A DNA stretch of 55,081 nucleotides, the filler included, from Bipalium vagum (lineage: Eukaryota), in NCBI GenBank assembly GCA_037834085.1. It is 3 parts of 3 records of this genome, joined end to end, with 100 filler letters (N's around TTAATTAATTAA, not from the genome) between each part and the next. Parts side by side here need not be neighbours in the genome. Positions count along the whole stretch, not along the records: positions 1 to 18,441 come from JBBMKC010029240.1; 2 more parts are not named here. One strand, written 5' to 3'. How positions within the stretch are numbered: position 1 is the stretch's first letter; each line of letters opens with the position of its first letter. Positions 1 to 12,065 of this stretch are shown piece after piece. The translations under genes and the position numbers were made by a program. Below the pieces are notes generated by a model. That model was not told where the DNA came from. It worked only from the letters and a program-made list of their open reading frames with translations, and did not search any database.

Positions 1-275
1 TACAGGTGGAATCATAATCAAATTAGTTCAGTGAAATAACATTGTTTGTAAAAACATACTTGAGTCTATTTCAATGGTCAGGTACTGTAATATATAAAGA
101 AAATTATAATCGAAATTAAATAAAAATAAATATAAAATGATATAAAAAATGAATTAACCTTTTCTTTATATATTTTTAATTTTGTCTCCTTATATGTGTC
201 GCTGTCAAAACCTTCAGAGAAAAATTCAAAATGATCAGGTTCCCCTGTTTCATAAATAATTATGTTTTCTTTTTT

Positions 276-1924
276 TTAATAAAACTCCATACCACTCAAC
301 GTCTCATCTTCTTCTCTCTCAATTCCGTAATATTGAATCGGTTTTATACTTCCTTTCCTCAATACTTCCTTTTGTCTCATTTGGATCTCATTAGATTCTA
401 CATGGGACTCTTTCATAAAATTAGTGAAACTGGCTCCCATCGTTTCCATGATTGAGTATCTCTTTTTTCTTCCTCCTTCGGGATGGAAAAACCTTTTCGA
501 CGAGTCCTCAACCATTCCAACATAAAACATAGAGGGGCGTTCTAAATGCATTTTGTGTTTTGAAATTTCACCCGAATCCTGAGATTCGAAACCCGGTATT
601 TCAAGCCATTTGTTGAAAATATCCGTCAACGTTTTCGGAAGTTTTGGAACCATATTCATATATATTTCTTTTGTTTCGCTGAACTCTTCTTCATTTTGAC
701 TTATTTTGATGATCTTTTCAATCATTGTTGACTGTTTTAATTTCAAACTCTTTATGATTTGCAAAGCTGCATTTTCTCCCAACAGTTCTTTAACAGCCTG
801 ATAAGCCTGTACATCTTCCAAAACGATCCCTTGAAGAAGTTGAGTTGCTCTATCTTTGTCGTTATTAAAGTAAACCTTGAATAATCGCAAAATTTCATCA
901 TGCATAAATTTCAGTTCCTTCATTCCTTCCTCAAAAGAAACATCCTCCACATATACCCTCCGAGTTTCTATATCATCACATTTTGAGAAAGCTTTATTGG
1001 ATACCAATTGTGCTAAATATTGCGAGACCATTATTTTCCAAGACTGTTCATTATATTCCGGAAGAGCTGGAAGAGAAATTTCCAAGCTCTTCTCGGAAGT
1101 CTCTGTAGATAAAGATAATGAGTATTCGAGTTTTATGGATTCAGTTTCTTCTAAACGAACTGATTCTGTCCTCGACTGTACCATAGAAGCCCTCTCTATC
1201 ATTTGGTGAGCGATGCTAATCCTTTCCATCTGATTGATTATAGATCCTATTTTTCTCTTATCACAGGTCAAAATACTCCGGAAAAAGTTTTCGGCATCCT
1301 CATTGCTTGACATAAATACACTGAAAATGACTTTTTTCGCTATGTCACCTCGCAAACCTTTCTCTATCATTAAAACTCTTTCATCAAAGTTCTGAATTCT
1401 ATTTGACAATAGTTCAAAGGCAAAATTTCTGGTCTCTGAAAAGGAAATCAAGAATTTCTCTACGGAAGGTCGTCGATTGCACAATGAGACCAAATTTTCA
1501 AATGCCGTCGAAGTCATGTCATCCATGGCAGCCTCAATATCGTCAATCAGTTCCGTTTTGTTGTCATAAAAATGTTGCAGGTAATCAAAAATATGATGTT
1601 CATCAATGAGAGTATTCAGTAAAGCAATTCTATTTTGTGCATTCTCAAGAATGTTTTCTATTCTTTTCAAGGCATCTTTATCAATATGATAAGCTTGCAT
1701 GAAGCCATTGTATAAGTCTTTCTTAGATCCAAATTCTGCCTCAAGCTTTTCCAACCATAACACCAATTCCTTATCTGTTATGAAGAGTAACGATTGATCT
1801 CTCAACTCCGATTGATCTGCGTCCACTTGAGAAATTTCTTCCTTCTTCCCTTCATCATCCTCTTCTTTCTTAGCATCAGCTGCATACATCATGATTTGAT
1901 GATCCAAACTTAATGAGGATTTTT
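276..1924 (-). CDS. Uncharacterised ~540-aa acidic, probably helical protein (single long coding exon, or terminal exon)
   Basis: 543-codon open frame in very AT-rich DNA with protein-like composition. First ATG at 1892; an in-frame tttcAG acceptor at 1926-1925 could join upstream exons. No recognisable domain. Confidence 0.75.
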
Positions 1925-2786
1925 CTGAAATTCAATTTTTTATAAATTGTTAAAGAAAAAATTAAATACAAAAATTACAATAAGTAAGTAACAGTTTAAA
2001 TATATCAACAAAAGACAGTCAACAAATAGGGGGTCAAAAATAAGGAGGTACTCTTTATACCTTTTCTGGAGAACATTTGGGTTTAATGTATCGAGAATAG
2101 TTGAAAAAAGCAAGAGGAAAGAGTAGTACAAAAAACTATAATCTGGCAGCCTCACCGAGGATTTTTTTATATACTTAGCCAGCTGACTCGCTCAGTTGTT
2201 GGCAAATCAATTGTTTCAGGAACACCTTTACCTTTTACTTTGATATTCTTACTTTTAGTTTTAGTTCAATCTTGAAGAGAAATACCGTATCAGTCTCTTT
2301 ATTATTATTAATCGAATCAAATTGCGGTCATAATCTTATTTGGACCCTTAGTAGTCTCATAATACTTTTAAACTCTTTTGAACTGAACTATTCAAAAATT
2401 AACTTTATAGAATTAGTTTTTAAGAAAGTGATCAAGAAGGTCTAAAATGTATGTTGATTTTCTCGGTGATCAGACTGCCAACGCCTGAATTTTCCCTTGA
2501 AGACGACCGTTTATTCAAGAACAATTCTTTCTGAAGTCCTGAAAATGTGAAAATAAAAACCGGATATGAGAAGAATGATACGATACCATCAGAAACATGT
2601 AAAAAATTTCAAGTATTGTTTGACAAAAGGATAACTGTCAATTTTAAATAGACATTTAACTTCAATTTAACTGTATTTTTAGTAATAAATAATTTATTTA
2701 ATATTAAAAGATAATCAATGGATTTAAATTTCAACTAAGCTAATTATATTGACTTCTATATCTCGTCTTTTATTTGTCAGCTTTAG

Positions 2787-3360
2787 TATGGAGGATTGGA
2801 ACACACATTTTAATTTTCTGTTATTATTTAAAAAGAAGAAAAATGCATCACAAACCTGCAAAAAATATGCAGTGCGTGGTGAGGGTGCAATAAAAAGAAC
2901 GCCGATTTGAGAATTTATTTGAAAAATTCAGATGAAAATTTTCACTGAAAGATATCCAACGACCTTACCATCAAAAGGAACTTCACATTAAACAATGCAT
3001 TATAATCTACTATTTGCTTATCAAATGCAACAAAAATAACCAATTTTGAAACAATTTGTAATGGGCGATCGTTCATCGGAAAAGATCATGGTGTAAATAA
3101 GAGAAAGCAGCACAGACGAAGTCCAAGACTGATAATCATGAGAAGAAAGTTATACTATTGGTTTGGTGGGATTATCAAGGAATCATTTATTTTTGTCTAA
3201 GAGGTAAAAGTTTAATTCTGATATTTACATTGATTAGTTGATAAATTAAATAGGGATATCAAAGTAAAACGCCCAAGCCGGCAAAACTTTAAGGTACTGT
3301 TTTTCACCATGACAATGTAAAACCACATATCTGTTTAAAAACTTTGTAAAAATTATTGAA
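2787..3360 (+). mobile_element. Degenerate mariner transposase remnant
   Basis: Fragmentary translation gives KNASQTCKK..GEGA (HTH), KVILLVWWDYQGIIY, NSDIY..LDKLNRDIKVKRP and HHDNVKPH, with many stops and frameshifts. Confidence 0.8.
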
Positions 3361-3599
3361 CAGTCATTGAGCTCAATGTAACTACTTAAATCAAAACGTG
3401 ATATGCAGACAAGAAATTATAAATTCAAAATTTTTAGAAATCAAGTTTTTTGGACTCAAAAAACAAAAGAAAAAGACATTGAAAGTCACCTAGGTTCCGA
3501 AACATCTTATTGACCATACATATAACCAAATGTTTAAACATATGGAAATCTAATGGGAGAGGTCCGGTAAAATGTTGGATGAGGTAAAGTGTTGTAGTT

Positions 3600-4380
3600 C
3601 ATATCTTATAACCTTTATACTGTTTATCTTAAATCGTGTGGTACTGCATTATTGTGAAGCAAAAAAAGTTCCTTTTTATTAACACGTGCTGGTTGATTTT
3701 CAAGCAACTTCTGGAACTATACTTCAATTTCATTGCAGTATAATGTATGTGTAATAGATTCATCAGGTTTTGAAGAACTACAAGTTAATTAATCCAGCTG
3801 CAGATCACTAAACATAGTGTTCTTTAGGTAAAGCTTTGCTTAAGCACTTTTTTCACCCACATCCAACCATTGTGCTCTTCGTCACTGATTTTCATATAAG
3901 ACTCACTTCTAGTCACAGGTCAAAATTAGAACAAAAATGAATTAATAATAATTAAATAATCCAAGAAAAACAAATTTCGCATTTACTATTTTCCAGCTAT
4001 CCTTTAATTGCAATGGTACAATTATTGAGATTTTTCATTTTACCAAGCTATTGAAGATGCCGTGAATTGATTGAAATGGTGACATATAATACTTCAGCTA
4101 GCTCTCTAACAAAGTTTCTAGTACTACTTTCAACTTCTTCTTTCAAATGGAATTTACTTACAAAAATAACTGGTTTTCCACAGTCATCATCTTCAATATT
4201 AAAGTTAACAATTTTAAATTTCTGAAAATATCTTTGTGTTGACCTATCGTTTACAGAACCATCAAAATATGCTAAATTAATATTTCTAGTTGTTTCTGAT
4301 ACATTATGGTGAAACATGAATTCATAAAGAATGTAAAATCAAATAAGTTGTTCAAACATATCCTAGAAAATTCATTAAAA
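3600..4380 (-). mobile_element. Degenerate mariner transposase remnant
   Basis: ORF 4048-4317 resembles the mariner HTH region (DGSVNDRSTQRYFQKFK..LKEEVES..RELAEVL..SRHL), followed by VPLQL and TCD*K*VLYEN..AQWLD. Boundaries approximate. Confidence 0.75.
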
Positions 4381-4577
4381 ATAAAGTTTAATTTTAAATT
4401 GAACTCTCTTCTTTTAAGATTTCATGAAAAAACAAAATTGACGTGTCAGTTTGATATATTAAAACAAATATTAACATAAAATGTGATTGATTAAAAAATC
4501 TTTGAAATAATAAATTTAAAAACAGTTATTCCAAGTAGGACAACCTGATATATAAAAAAAGAAAATCCAGCACTAAC

Positions 4578-5422
4578 TTTGAACATATGGAATCCGAAAC
4601 TTTCTCTTTTTTGAGAGAATTTTTTCTTTGGATATATTTTCTTCTATAACCTCTTTCTTCGGACTCAGTTTTTCCAGCTCGAAGTTAAAATTTTCTATCA
4701 CCTCATTGTTCATGGTTGAAAGGTCAGCTGGAATATATGAAAAATGTCTCGTCCTGCTCTTGTCTATCATGCGTTTTTTGACTACTCTTTGAACGGTGGT
4801 AATTTTCTCCAGATTCTTTTCATTTCAAATAAATAATTTTTTTTACTAATAAAATAAAAACCAAATGTTGGGATATTATTTTGTTAACAAGTTCGCGCCT
4901 TTCTGGTTTCAACACATCCGATATCTGCCAAATTCAAGTCAGATGATGACATTGAACAAAAGTAGTTATACCGTTTCCTCTGTGTAATCGGGACTGAGAA
5001 TTTTTCCGTGTATTTTCCTGATTATAGAATTTGGAATAAAACCTTAACATCTTTAAAAGTTTTAAATTATCAATTTAACATAAACCATCTGGAGCAATGA
5101 GTTTGGTGGGCATTTTAAAATGTTTCGAAGTCAGGTCTCTCATTTTTATTGGGATATCCTTACTGACATCCTTATAGAAAGGTAGACCAGTAAACTCAGA
5201 TCTGAAATATCTTTTCATTGAAGGTTCTTTCTGATTAGAATCCTCAACCCTTTGAAATGAATTCCTTTCACTCGTTTCTTTATTTGCATTTGAGTCCGAA
5301 TTATGCTGGATGGTTTCAGCTACTTGATAATTCCATATATTTGTTTGATTATTAGGAACCTTTTGCAAAGAGTTGTTATCTGGGGCATTACTTTCATTGT
5401 TGAATGTATCGTCGTCAGGCAT
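4578..5422 (-). CDS. Uncharacterised spliced gene, exons 5422-5086, 5042-4972, 4924-4862, 4815-4578; 3' end unresolved
   Basis: Three GT-AG introns of 43, 47 and 46 nt join the ORF-track pieces 5075-5422 and 4573-4770 into one frame (…LIAPDGFIPNSIIRKIHGKILSPDYTEETISDVLKPERRELVNKIISQHLNLEKITTVQRVVKKRMIDK…). A further donor GTTAGT lies at 4577. Confidence 0.65.
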
Positions 5423-6183
5423 TTTAAGATATTAATTTATAACTAGATTACCAATTTAAACAAAATATTGAATAATTGATTTTGATTATCTAAGCATTTT
5501 GAACAAAGGATTTCATTTTTTGCCATTACAAAAGATCTTAAACTGAAGAATTTAGGCTGAATTTTATGATAAATGAAGTTCAGACCAGTCCAAAATAACC
5601 CAATGTGTAAAAAAAGGAAAAAAGAAAAATAGGCTTTTGTAGTTTAACTGGTGAAATATTTTTACTTTTATTTACTAAGTATTAATTGTGTTTTGATGAC
5701 TAATTTCAAATTTGCTTGATCGAAAGGTCAGTGTCACGAACATACACCTAAGAGATTTCCGTTATGAATGGAAACTCTTTTAGATGCAAAAATATTGGGT
5801 TTTTAATTTGAATAAAATTCCTTTAATTTTTCTCTCTTCATTTCATTTTATCATACACTGGGAAATTCAAGTAAAGGCAGCCAGATTTTTCAGGGAGTTT
5901 TCATTAAGAAAATCTGAATTAAGGTCCAAATAAATGTTTTATTTTAGATTTTTTTGAAGGTATAAGTATATTATTACATTTAAATACAAAAGAAATTAAA
6001 GAAAACAATAAGTAACTTCATTTTATTAAGAAATTCAAATAAAGAAGCAATTATTAAACGTGATTTGAAATGAAATAAAGATTAAAGATCAACATGGAAC
6101 ATTGAGATAATAATGTAGAGAACATCCTTTATTGATTACTAATTCAAATATACGGTCCAGCATTGTATCAATCTTGAAATATA

Positions 6184-6329
6184 CAGTGAAACCTATATAT
6201 GTTGGGTACCACTGGGAAATATAGACGTTCCCAAATCATAGAAAGTTACTTAAGGACAAATTAATAAATTAAAAGAATATTAAGTAGGTGCCAAAAATAT
6301 AGAGGTGCACAAATTAACATGTTTCACTG
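6184..6329. mobile_element. Tigger/pogo-like MITE (146 bp)
   Basis: TA-CAGTGAAAC…GTTTCACTG-TA terminal inverted repeats with TA target-site duplication. Confidence 0.7.
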
Positions 6330-6843
6330 TACTTGATACACTCTCCCACTTTTTATAAATTGTCTTAGTAAACTTGACAGTGTTGTATAACTGTCTACCA
6401 TTGGAATGCACTCTATGTGCTAGATTTCTCCAAAAGCCTTTTTAAAAAATTTAAACTAGGGGAACATCTCATGAGACCTGTGCATAAAATTGCATAAACC
6501 AAACAATGATAGTTAGACAGATCTACTAATTTTCAACATAAGGTTTTCATGCACATTTTGAAAATTTAAAAAATACAATTCTGTTCTAAACTGACTTAAA
6601 ATAATCATTATTTTATTAATAACAAATACCGGATTTCCCCGAAAATAAGCCCCGAGATTATTTTTGCAAAATCAACCTTGTTTAAGAAAAAAAATTTCAA
6701 AAAATAAGCCCAACAGAAAATAAGCCCGGGCTAATTTCCGAGAATACCTAATAAAAATATTTGGTTTCAATATTGTGTACTAAATATATAAAATAGTTTA
6801 GAAATATGATAAAAATAAATTTATTTAAAAACATCAATATATA

Positions 6844-8138
6844 GGGTTGCGCATTAAAACGTTCGAAATAATGATTAATAACTTCATTCCAATTCAAGCA
6901 TAATTGTTTTAATTTTTCATTTTGTTATAAGTACAGTGCAGAAATTTAAATCATTATAATTATGGAGCCATAAATCAAAATCAAAATAATTAAATTGTTT
7001 TATAAATTCCATTCTCCAATTTTGGTCCGGCGAGCACTCAGATTGGAATATAAATGGAAGACACCGAGTACAACAACCATTAGGCGTGTGATTAATCATT
7101 TCTAACATCAGGGTAATGTTTATGTTATACCAAGAAATAGAAATTGTCCCATACGAACTGCTGCCAATATCGCTGCAGTGACCTCGGCAATTGAAACAAA
7201 TCCGAGATTATCAACACGCAGACTATCTTGTCAACTTAATATCAGCAGACGAACTGTTCAACGCATTTTAAATGATGATTTGCATTTATTTCCATACAAA
7301 ATGCAAATAGTGAGTAAATTAGAGCAAACTGACTACCGTTTGCATCTCCAATTCTGCGAAAAGATGATCAGTAATGTGGAGGAGGATGGGATCTTGTTAA
7401 ACCATTTGTTCATGTCTGATGAGGCACATTTTGATTTTAACGGAAATATGAAACAACAAAATTTTCGTTATTGGGCAGATAAAAACGCAAGCATTATCCA
7501 CGAAAAGAAATTACATCCAGTTCGAGTAACTGTAAGGTGTTCAGTATCGTCCAAGTGTACCATTGGTCCTTATTTCTTCAAAATGCAAGGCAAAAGTGCA
7601 AATGTCACCGGGGATAGTTATTTGGAGATGTTACAGCAGTTTTTTTGTGCCAGAATTGCGTCGGCATCGTATATCTATTCGTTCGACATAGTTTCAATAA
7701 GATGGAGCAACACCGCACATCAAAAAGATCGTCATAGAATACTTGAGGACGATTTTCTCTGATCGCATCCTCGCGGAATGCCAATTTCAAATGGCCACCC
7801 AGATCGCCAGACTTGACAGCTTCTTTCTGTGGGACTATTGCAAGGGCAAGGCCTATCAAACCAACCAAAAAACATCACAGACTTAAAAGATGGTATCAGA
7901 AATGCAATCCGCAAGATTCCAAAAGAAATGCTTACAGCGGTAATGAATAGCTTTTTGGCAAGACGCATAACTTGCATAAATCTCAATGGAGGCCATCTTA
8001 CCAATATTCTATTCAAATAGCTAAATACTGAATAAATCTCCATATTTTAATAACCATGTTTAATAAATAAAAATAAAATATTTATTGTTTTTACCCGAGT
8101 TTTGATGTTTTACTTTCGAACGTTTTAAATGCACCACT
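6844..8138 (+). mobile_element. Near full-length Tc1/mariner element of DD41D (rosa-like) type with frameshifted transposase
   Basis: Imperfect ~25-bp TIRs (…TAAAACGTTCGAAA / TTTCGAACGTTTTA…) flanked by TA. HTH region, SDEAHF, FQ*DGATPH, WPPRSPDLT and FFLW motifs. Reconstructed D2-D3 spacing is about 41; the third D is lost in a small deletion. Confidence 0.85.
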
Positions 8139-8319
8139 ATATACATATTAAAAGTGCACTAATTCGGCGAACATTTTTATTCAATTTCATCAGAAATCAA
8201 GTTTATCATTTCAGTAAGCACATAATCAGCTTTTTCTTCAGAATCATTCATTTCGTTTGCTGCAACATTATTTCCACGATCATTTGAATTCTGTATATTT
8301 TTTTAATTTTTAATTTATA

Positions 8320-8850
8320 TTAGGTGTACAACTATGACTCACGGCTTTTTTTTTAAAATGATAATAAAAAAGTTGTTTGCATAGACATCTAAATTATATT
8401 GAATTGATTTATAAACAAAAATATCATATAATTAATAATATCACGAGACAGTTGTTTTAATATTCTTTGTTTAAATATTAAAGAGATTCAAAATGTCAAT
8501 ATTCATCATAAATAAACGACATTTGCGGGAAGTAATTCCACATTACTTTATTGCCAAAAAACTGCAGCGGCAACGTACGGCTTGCTTCGAGATACCTATG
8601 GAGAACATGCTCCTTCCATGACCACATGTAAAGATTGGTTTTGCCGTTTTAGAAATGGGCCAATATGATACGAACGACATAGAGCATGGGAAGCCACTAA
8701 AATAATGTGAAAATAGAGATTTGAGAAGGCTGTTGGACGAAGACACATGCCAACACACAATCTGATCTGGCTGTCGCATTAAATGTGACCCAACAATGCA
8801 TTTCAAAACGTCTGGCAGCTTTAGGAATTATTTGAAAATTAGGAATTTCA
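8320..8850 (+). mobile_element. Truncated Mos1/mauritiana-like mariner (5' TIR plus HTH region)
   Basis: TTAGGTGTACAACTATGAC resembles the Mos1 TIR start CCAGGTGTACAAGT. Translation NKRHLREV..TYGEHAPSMTTCKDWFCRFRNG..LAVALNVTQQCISKRL. Confidence 0.75.
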
Positions 8851-9304
8851 TGATGGTTTTTGTCTTTATCAAGATTTTGTATAAAATTCATCTCCATCTC
8901 TCATCCAATTTTCCCGTTATCTTTTCATGTTTGCGTCAAACAGAATTTATCATAACATCCAGCGGTTATATAAGATCTATATAATAAGATCTACTTTTTG
9001 GGGGAATAAAAATAGGAGTAAAATAATTTTGATTAAGTAAATTAACAACATTATCATTTATGAGAACCGTAACTCTCCCATATCAGAATTGATTCTTTTT
9101 TTTTGTTTTTAAAAGTTCCTAGATTAAACAAGCATTTACTATCCACATTTTCATCAATTCTTTGTCCATTGTTCGTGATTTAGATGTAAATATCTCAAAA
9201 GTTTTAGTTATTTTAGATTTTGATGGTATGTTATATTTTGGATGGGCTTATGATCCTATTTTAAAGTGGGCCTATTTTTGAGGAAGCCCGGTACTAGTTT
9301 TAAG

Positions 9305-9392
9305 AATAATTAATAGTAATTTTAATAATAACTAATAGTAATTTTAATAATAATTAATAGTAATTTTAATAATTATTAATAGTAATTATAAT
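9305..9392. repeat. AT-rich minisatellite, ~22-bp unit (ATAATTAATAGTAATTTTAATA), about 4 copies
   Basis: Direct tandem repeats visible in the sequence. Confidence 0.7.
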
Positions 9393-9530
9393 TTGACTAT
9401 TCTATTTTTAAACATTTTTAAAATTAATTAAACATTAATTAATTAATTACAACCCCTATAAATTAATTAAATAATATAGGTCTACGAAAGAACAAAAGTT
9501 TATCTTTCACGTGGGGGATAATGAGTAAAT

Positions 9531-12065
9531 TTATTGGAAATATTTATGTAAATTTAATAAACATTGAGAGCTGTCGTAGTTACAAGTGGTATTGTTCTCC
9601 ATGCAACATTTATTTTCCATGTTCTGTCGTTTTGGCTCGTTCAAGACATAGACTGTCTTCGTTACGTAATCCGGGAACCCTTTAGTTTCATTGGGATACC
9701 TGCACTGTTTGTGATATTTGCAAAACTCACAATCCATGGGTTTTCTAAATAAATCATGATCCATGTATATCTTGTCCTGATGTTGGCTATTTCTTAAACT
9801 AGATCTGTTCTTAATATTTGATTTGCGGCCACAGGGTTTGTTGTCTTGCTCAAGGGTTATGTACTCATCCTTGAAGCTGTCTGTTAAATAACTGGTCGAA
9901 GTGGAATCCTGTTTGAATGAAACATTTTTCACTTTCTTTTCAGCAATGTTGACTTGGTCACCAACCTCATGCGTTTTATCCATTCGTATTTGCGGTTTCA
10001 ATACGGAAACTGTCCTCATTGAGTTGTCAATTTCATCTCGATCACTTTTTTCTACAACGTCCTCCTTCTTTTTCAGATCAACATTGGAAATCCTCCTCAA
10101 ATTTTTGGCGGTTATATTTACTTTCGCACCATTTTTTTGATATTCCAGATATGGCTCATACGAGACGTTTACAGATGGTCGTTGCTTTGTGCAGGCTTGA
10201 TGAAGATTTACATTAGCCTTTTCTCTTTCTTGGGCAATGTTGATCATTGACTTATCTTCAACTGAAAAGGCGTTCTCCGCTAATCCGACTGCTTCATCGT
10301 GACATACATGTCCATTCATGACATAAGTTAATTTAGAAAATTCCGATTCTTGGACCTTTTCAGAATCAATCAATGGAGCTTGGAATACAGAGTTTGGTTG
10401 ATAATTCGTTAAAGGGGCCTCATTTAAAAGATCTTCGGAGATTTTTTCTGGTGTTAATTGATCAATATTCTTGTGTAATTCACTCATACTCGTAAGTTTA
10501 TCCTCAACATCGAAATCCAATTGATAGACCTGGCTTTCTAGGAACCCTCTGTTTTGTGTTTTATTTCCTTTTTCTGATGTTCTAGACACGTCTTTCTCCA
10601 GCACTTTCAGATTTCTGAGCTGACTTTGATCGTCTACATCGAAATCAAGATGATATACATAACTTTTTTGTGATCCTCCTTTATGTGGTTCACTTTGCTT
10701 TATAGATTCTTTCTTTTGAACATTCACAGAGTTTCTGTTATCTGGTCGTAATTGGTCTCGGGAGTCACTTGGTGCTTCAGCCGCACTCGTTCTCTTCTCA
10801 TATGGTTCCAATATGACAGACATTTCTTGCTGACCTTTTTTATTCTTAGTTTCTACCTTTTCATCTTTTCTTTCACATTTCTCAGAATTAACCAAAGTAA
10901 CATAAATGTCTGTATCTTTATTCTTCAAACGTTCTACCCCTGCTGAACTGGACTCGCTATCCAATGTGTGTTCTGAAACGTTACTTTTCACTAATTCTTT
11001 TTTACTTTCTAAGGTTTCAAGACTTTTCTGTTGGGTTTCTTCATCGGAAACATAATCAAGTTGATATGTACAATCTTGTTGGGATTCTCTATGGAATGGT
11101 GAAACATGTTTTTTGACAAATTCTTCTGGCGAGCCACCAGGTTTCACGAACGTCTTGTCCTCTACAGATTGTGATTCGTTATCTGAAAGTTTTGAGAATT
11201 TATTTCTAGTTTGCAAACTTATAGAAATGTCCTCAAGGGTATTGTGACCAGTTGGGGGTACCTTTGAGTCTGACGAGTACTTAGTTCTTGTTCTATCTTT
11301 CTTATTTAAGTTCACAGGAACAAAAAATGAATCGGACGTGGGGTTTTTGATAGGTTGATCATTCTTTGAGCGAACGTCATAGTTCTTTACATTATCTGGC
11401 TGCAAAGCATTACCAGTAATTTTATCGCTTAACAATAAATCATTATTCTGAGAATATAGTAATTTTTTGTTTTGATTGTCCTCCCCAAGGTATATTTCTT
11501 GAATATGATTAATCTGAGATTCACTGTTATGTTTTGGATCCTTGGTCTTCGAATCTGTCTTCTCCAGATCTCTTGTCTCCTTTGAGACCTTTGTCTTATT
11601 TTCAGCATAATCCCTAACAAAGGGTTTTCTAAGGTGCTGAAAAGAGGTTAAAGGTGTATCGTTAATGTTTAGTTCTAATTTCGGAGATGTCACACTTTTT
11701 GATAACCCTTCATTGAAATGTTTATATCTCACATCATTGACATTTAAACTGGTTTGACGATTGCTTTGAGTATGGACATCTTTTTTATTTTTCGTGCCAG
11801 AAACCCTTTCAATATGATGTTGAAAGTCTGGATTATTATCAATCAATCTTTTACTTAAAGGTTCATTATTCATGGACCTGTGACTTCTCAAGCAGTGAAA
11901 GAATTCTTCTTTCGTCTTCACAAAAATCGTACTGGGACGATTTCTGTCGTTGGCCATTCCACTAACATATTTACAACGGGAGGATTTATCTTCTATATAA
12001 ACAAATATTCCTTTCTCCTTACCCTTTGCCAGGAGTTCGGTAATGAAATCCAGTGATACAGGCAT
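9531..12065 (-). CDS. Uncharacterised 844-aa intronless protein, largely hydrophilic, with three Y[QH]LD[FY] repeats and a Cys-rich C-terminus
   Basis: ATG-to-TAA ORF of 2535 nt with S/K/D/E/N-rich composition, more GC-rich than its flanks. No recognisable family. Confidence 0.8.
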   Translation of the reverse strand: MPVSLDFITELLAKGKEKGIFVYIEDKSSRCKYVSGMANDRNRPSTIFVKTKEEFFHCLRSHRSMNNEPLSKRLIDNNPDFQHHIERVSGTKNKKDVHTQSNRQTSLNVNDVRYKHFNEGLSKSVTSPKLELNINDTPLTSFQHLRKPFVRDYAENKTKVSKETRDLEKTDSKTKDPKHNSESQINHIQEIYLGEDNQNKKLLYSQNNDLLLSDKITGNALQPDNVKNYDVRSKNDQPIKNPTSDSFFVPVNLNKKDRTRTKYSSDSKVPPTGHNTLEDISISLQTRNKFSKLSDNESQSVEDKTFVKPGGSPEEFVKKHVSPFHRESQQDCTYQLDYVSDEETQQKSLETLESKKELVKSNVSEHTLDSESSSAGVERLKNKDTDIYVTLVNSEKCERKDEKVETKNKKGQQEMSVILEPYEKRTSAAEAPSDSRDQLRPDNRNSVNVQKKESIKQSEPHKGGSQKSYVYHLDFDVDDQSQLRNLKVLEKDVSRTSEKGNKTQNRGFLESQVYQLDFDVEDKLTSMSELHKNIDQLTPEKISEDLLNEAPLTNYQPNSVFQAPLIDSEKVQESEFSKLTYVMNGHVCHDEAVGLAENAFSVEDKSMINIAQEREKANVNLHQACTKQRPSVNVSYEPYLEYQKNGAKVNITAKNLRRISNVDLKKKEDVVEKSDRDEIDNSMRTVSVLKPQIRMDKTHEVGDQVNIAEKKVKNVSFKQDSTSTSYLTDSFKDEYITLEQDNKPCGRKSNIKNRSSLRNSQHQDKIYMDHDLFRKPMDCEFCKYHKQCRYPNETKGFPDYVTKTVYVLNEPKRQNMENKCCMENNTTCNYDSSQCLLNLHKYFQ

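Larger units (their letters stand above)
6629..9291 (-). mobile_element. Deleted pogo-superfamily DNA transposon hosting two nested insertions
   Basis: 24-bp TIRs (CCGGATTTCCCCGAAAATAAGCCC at the left, 19/24 match at 9268-9291), TA flanks, subterminal AAAATAAGCCC repeats. Minus-strand DDE_1-type remnants MDKELMKMWI, IWESYGSH and PLDVMIN at about 8900-9190. Confidence 0.75.
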
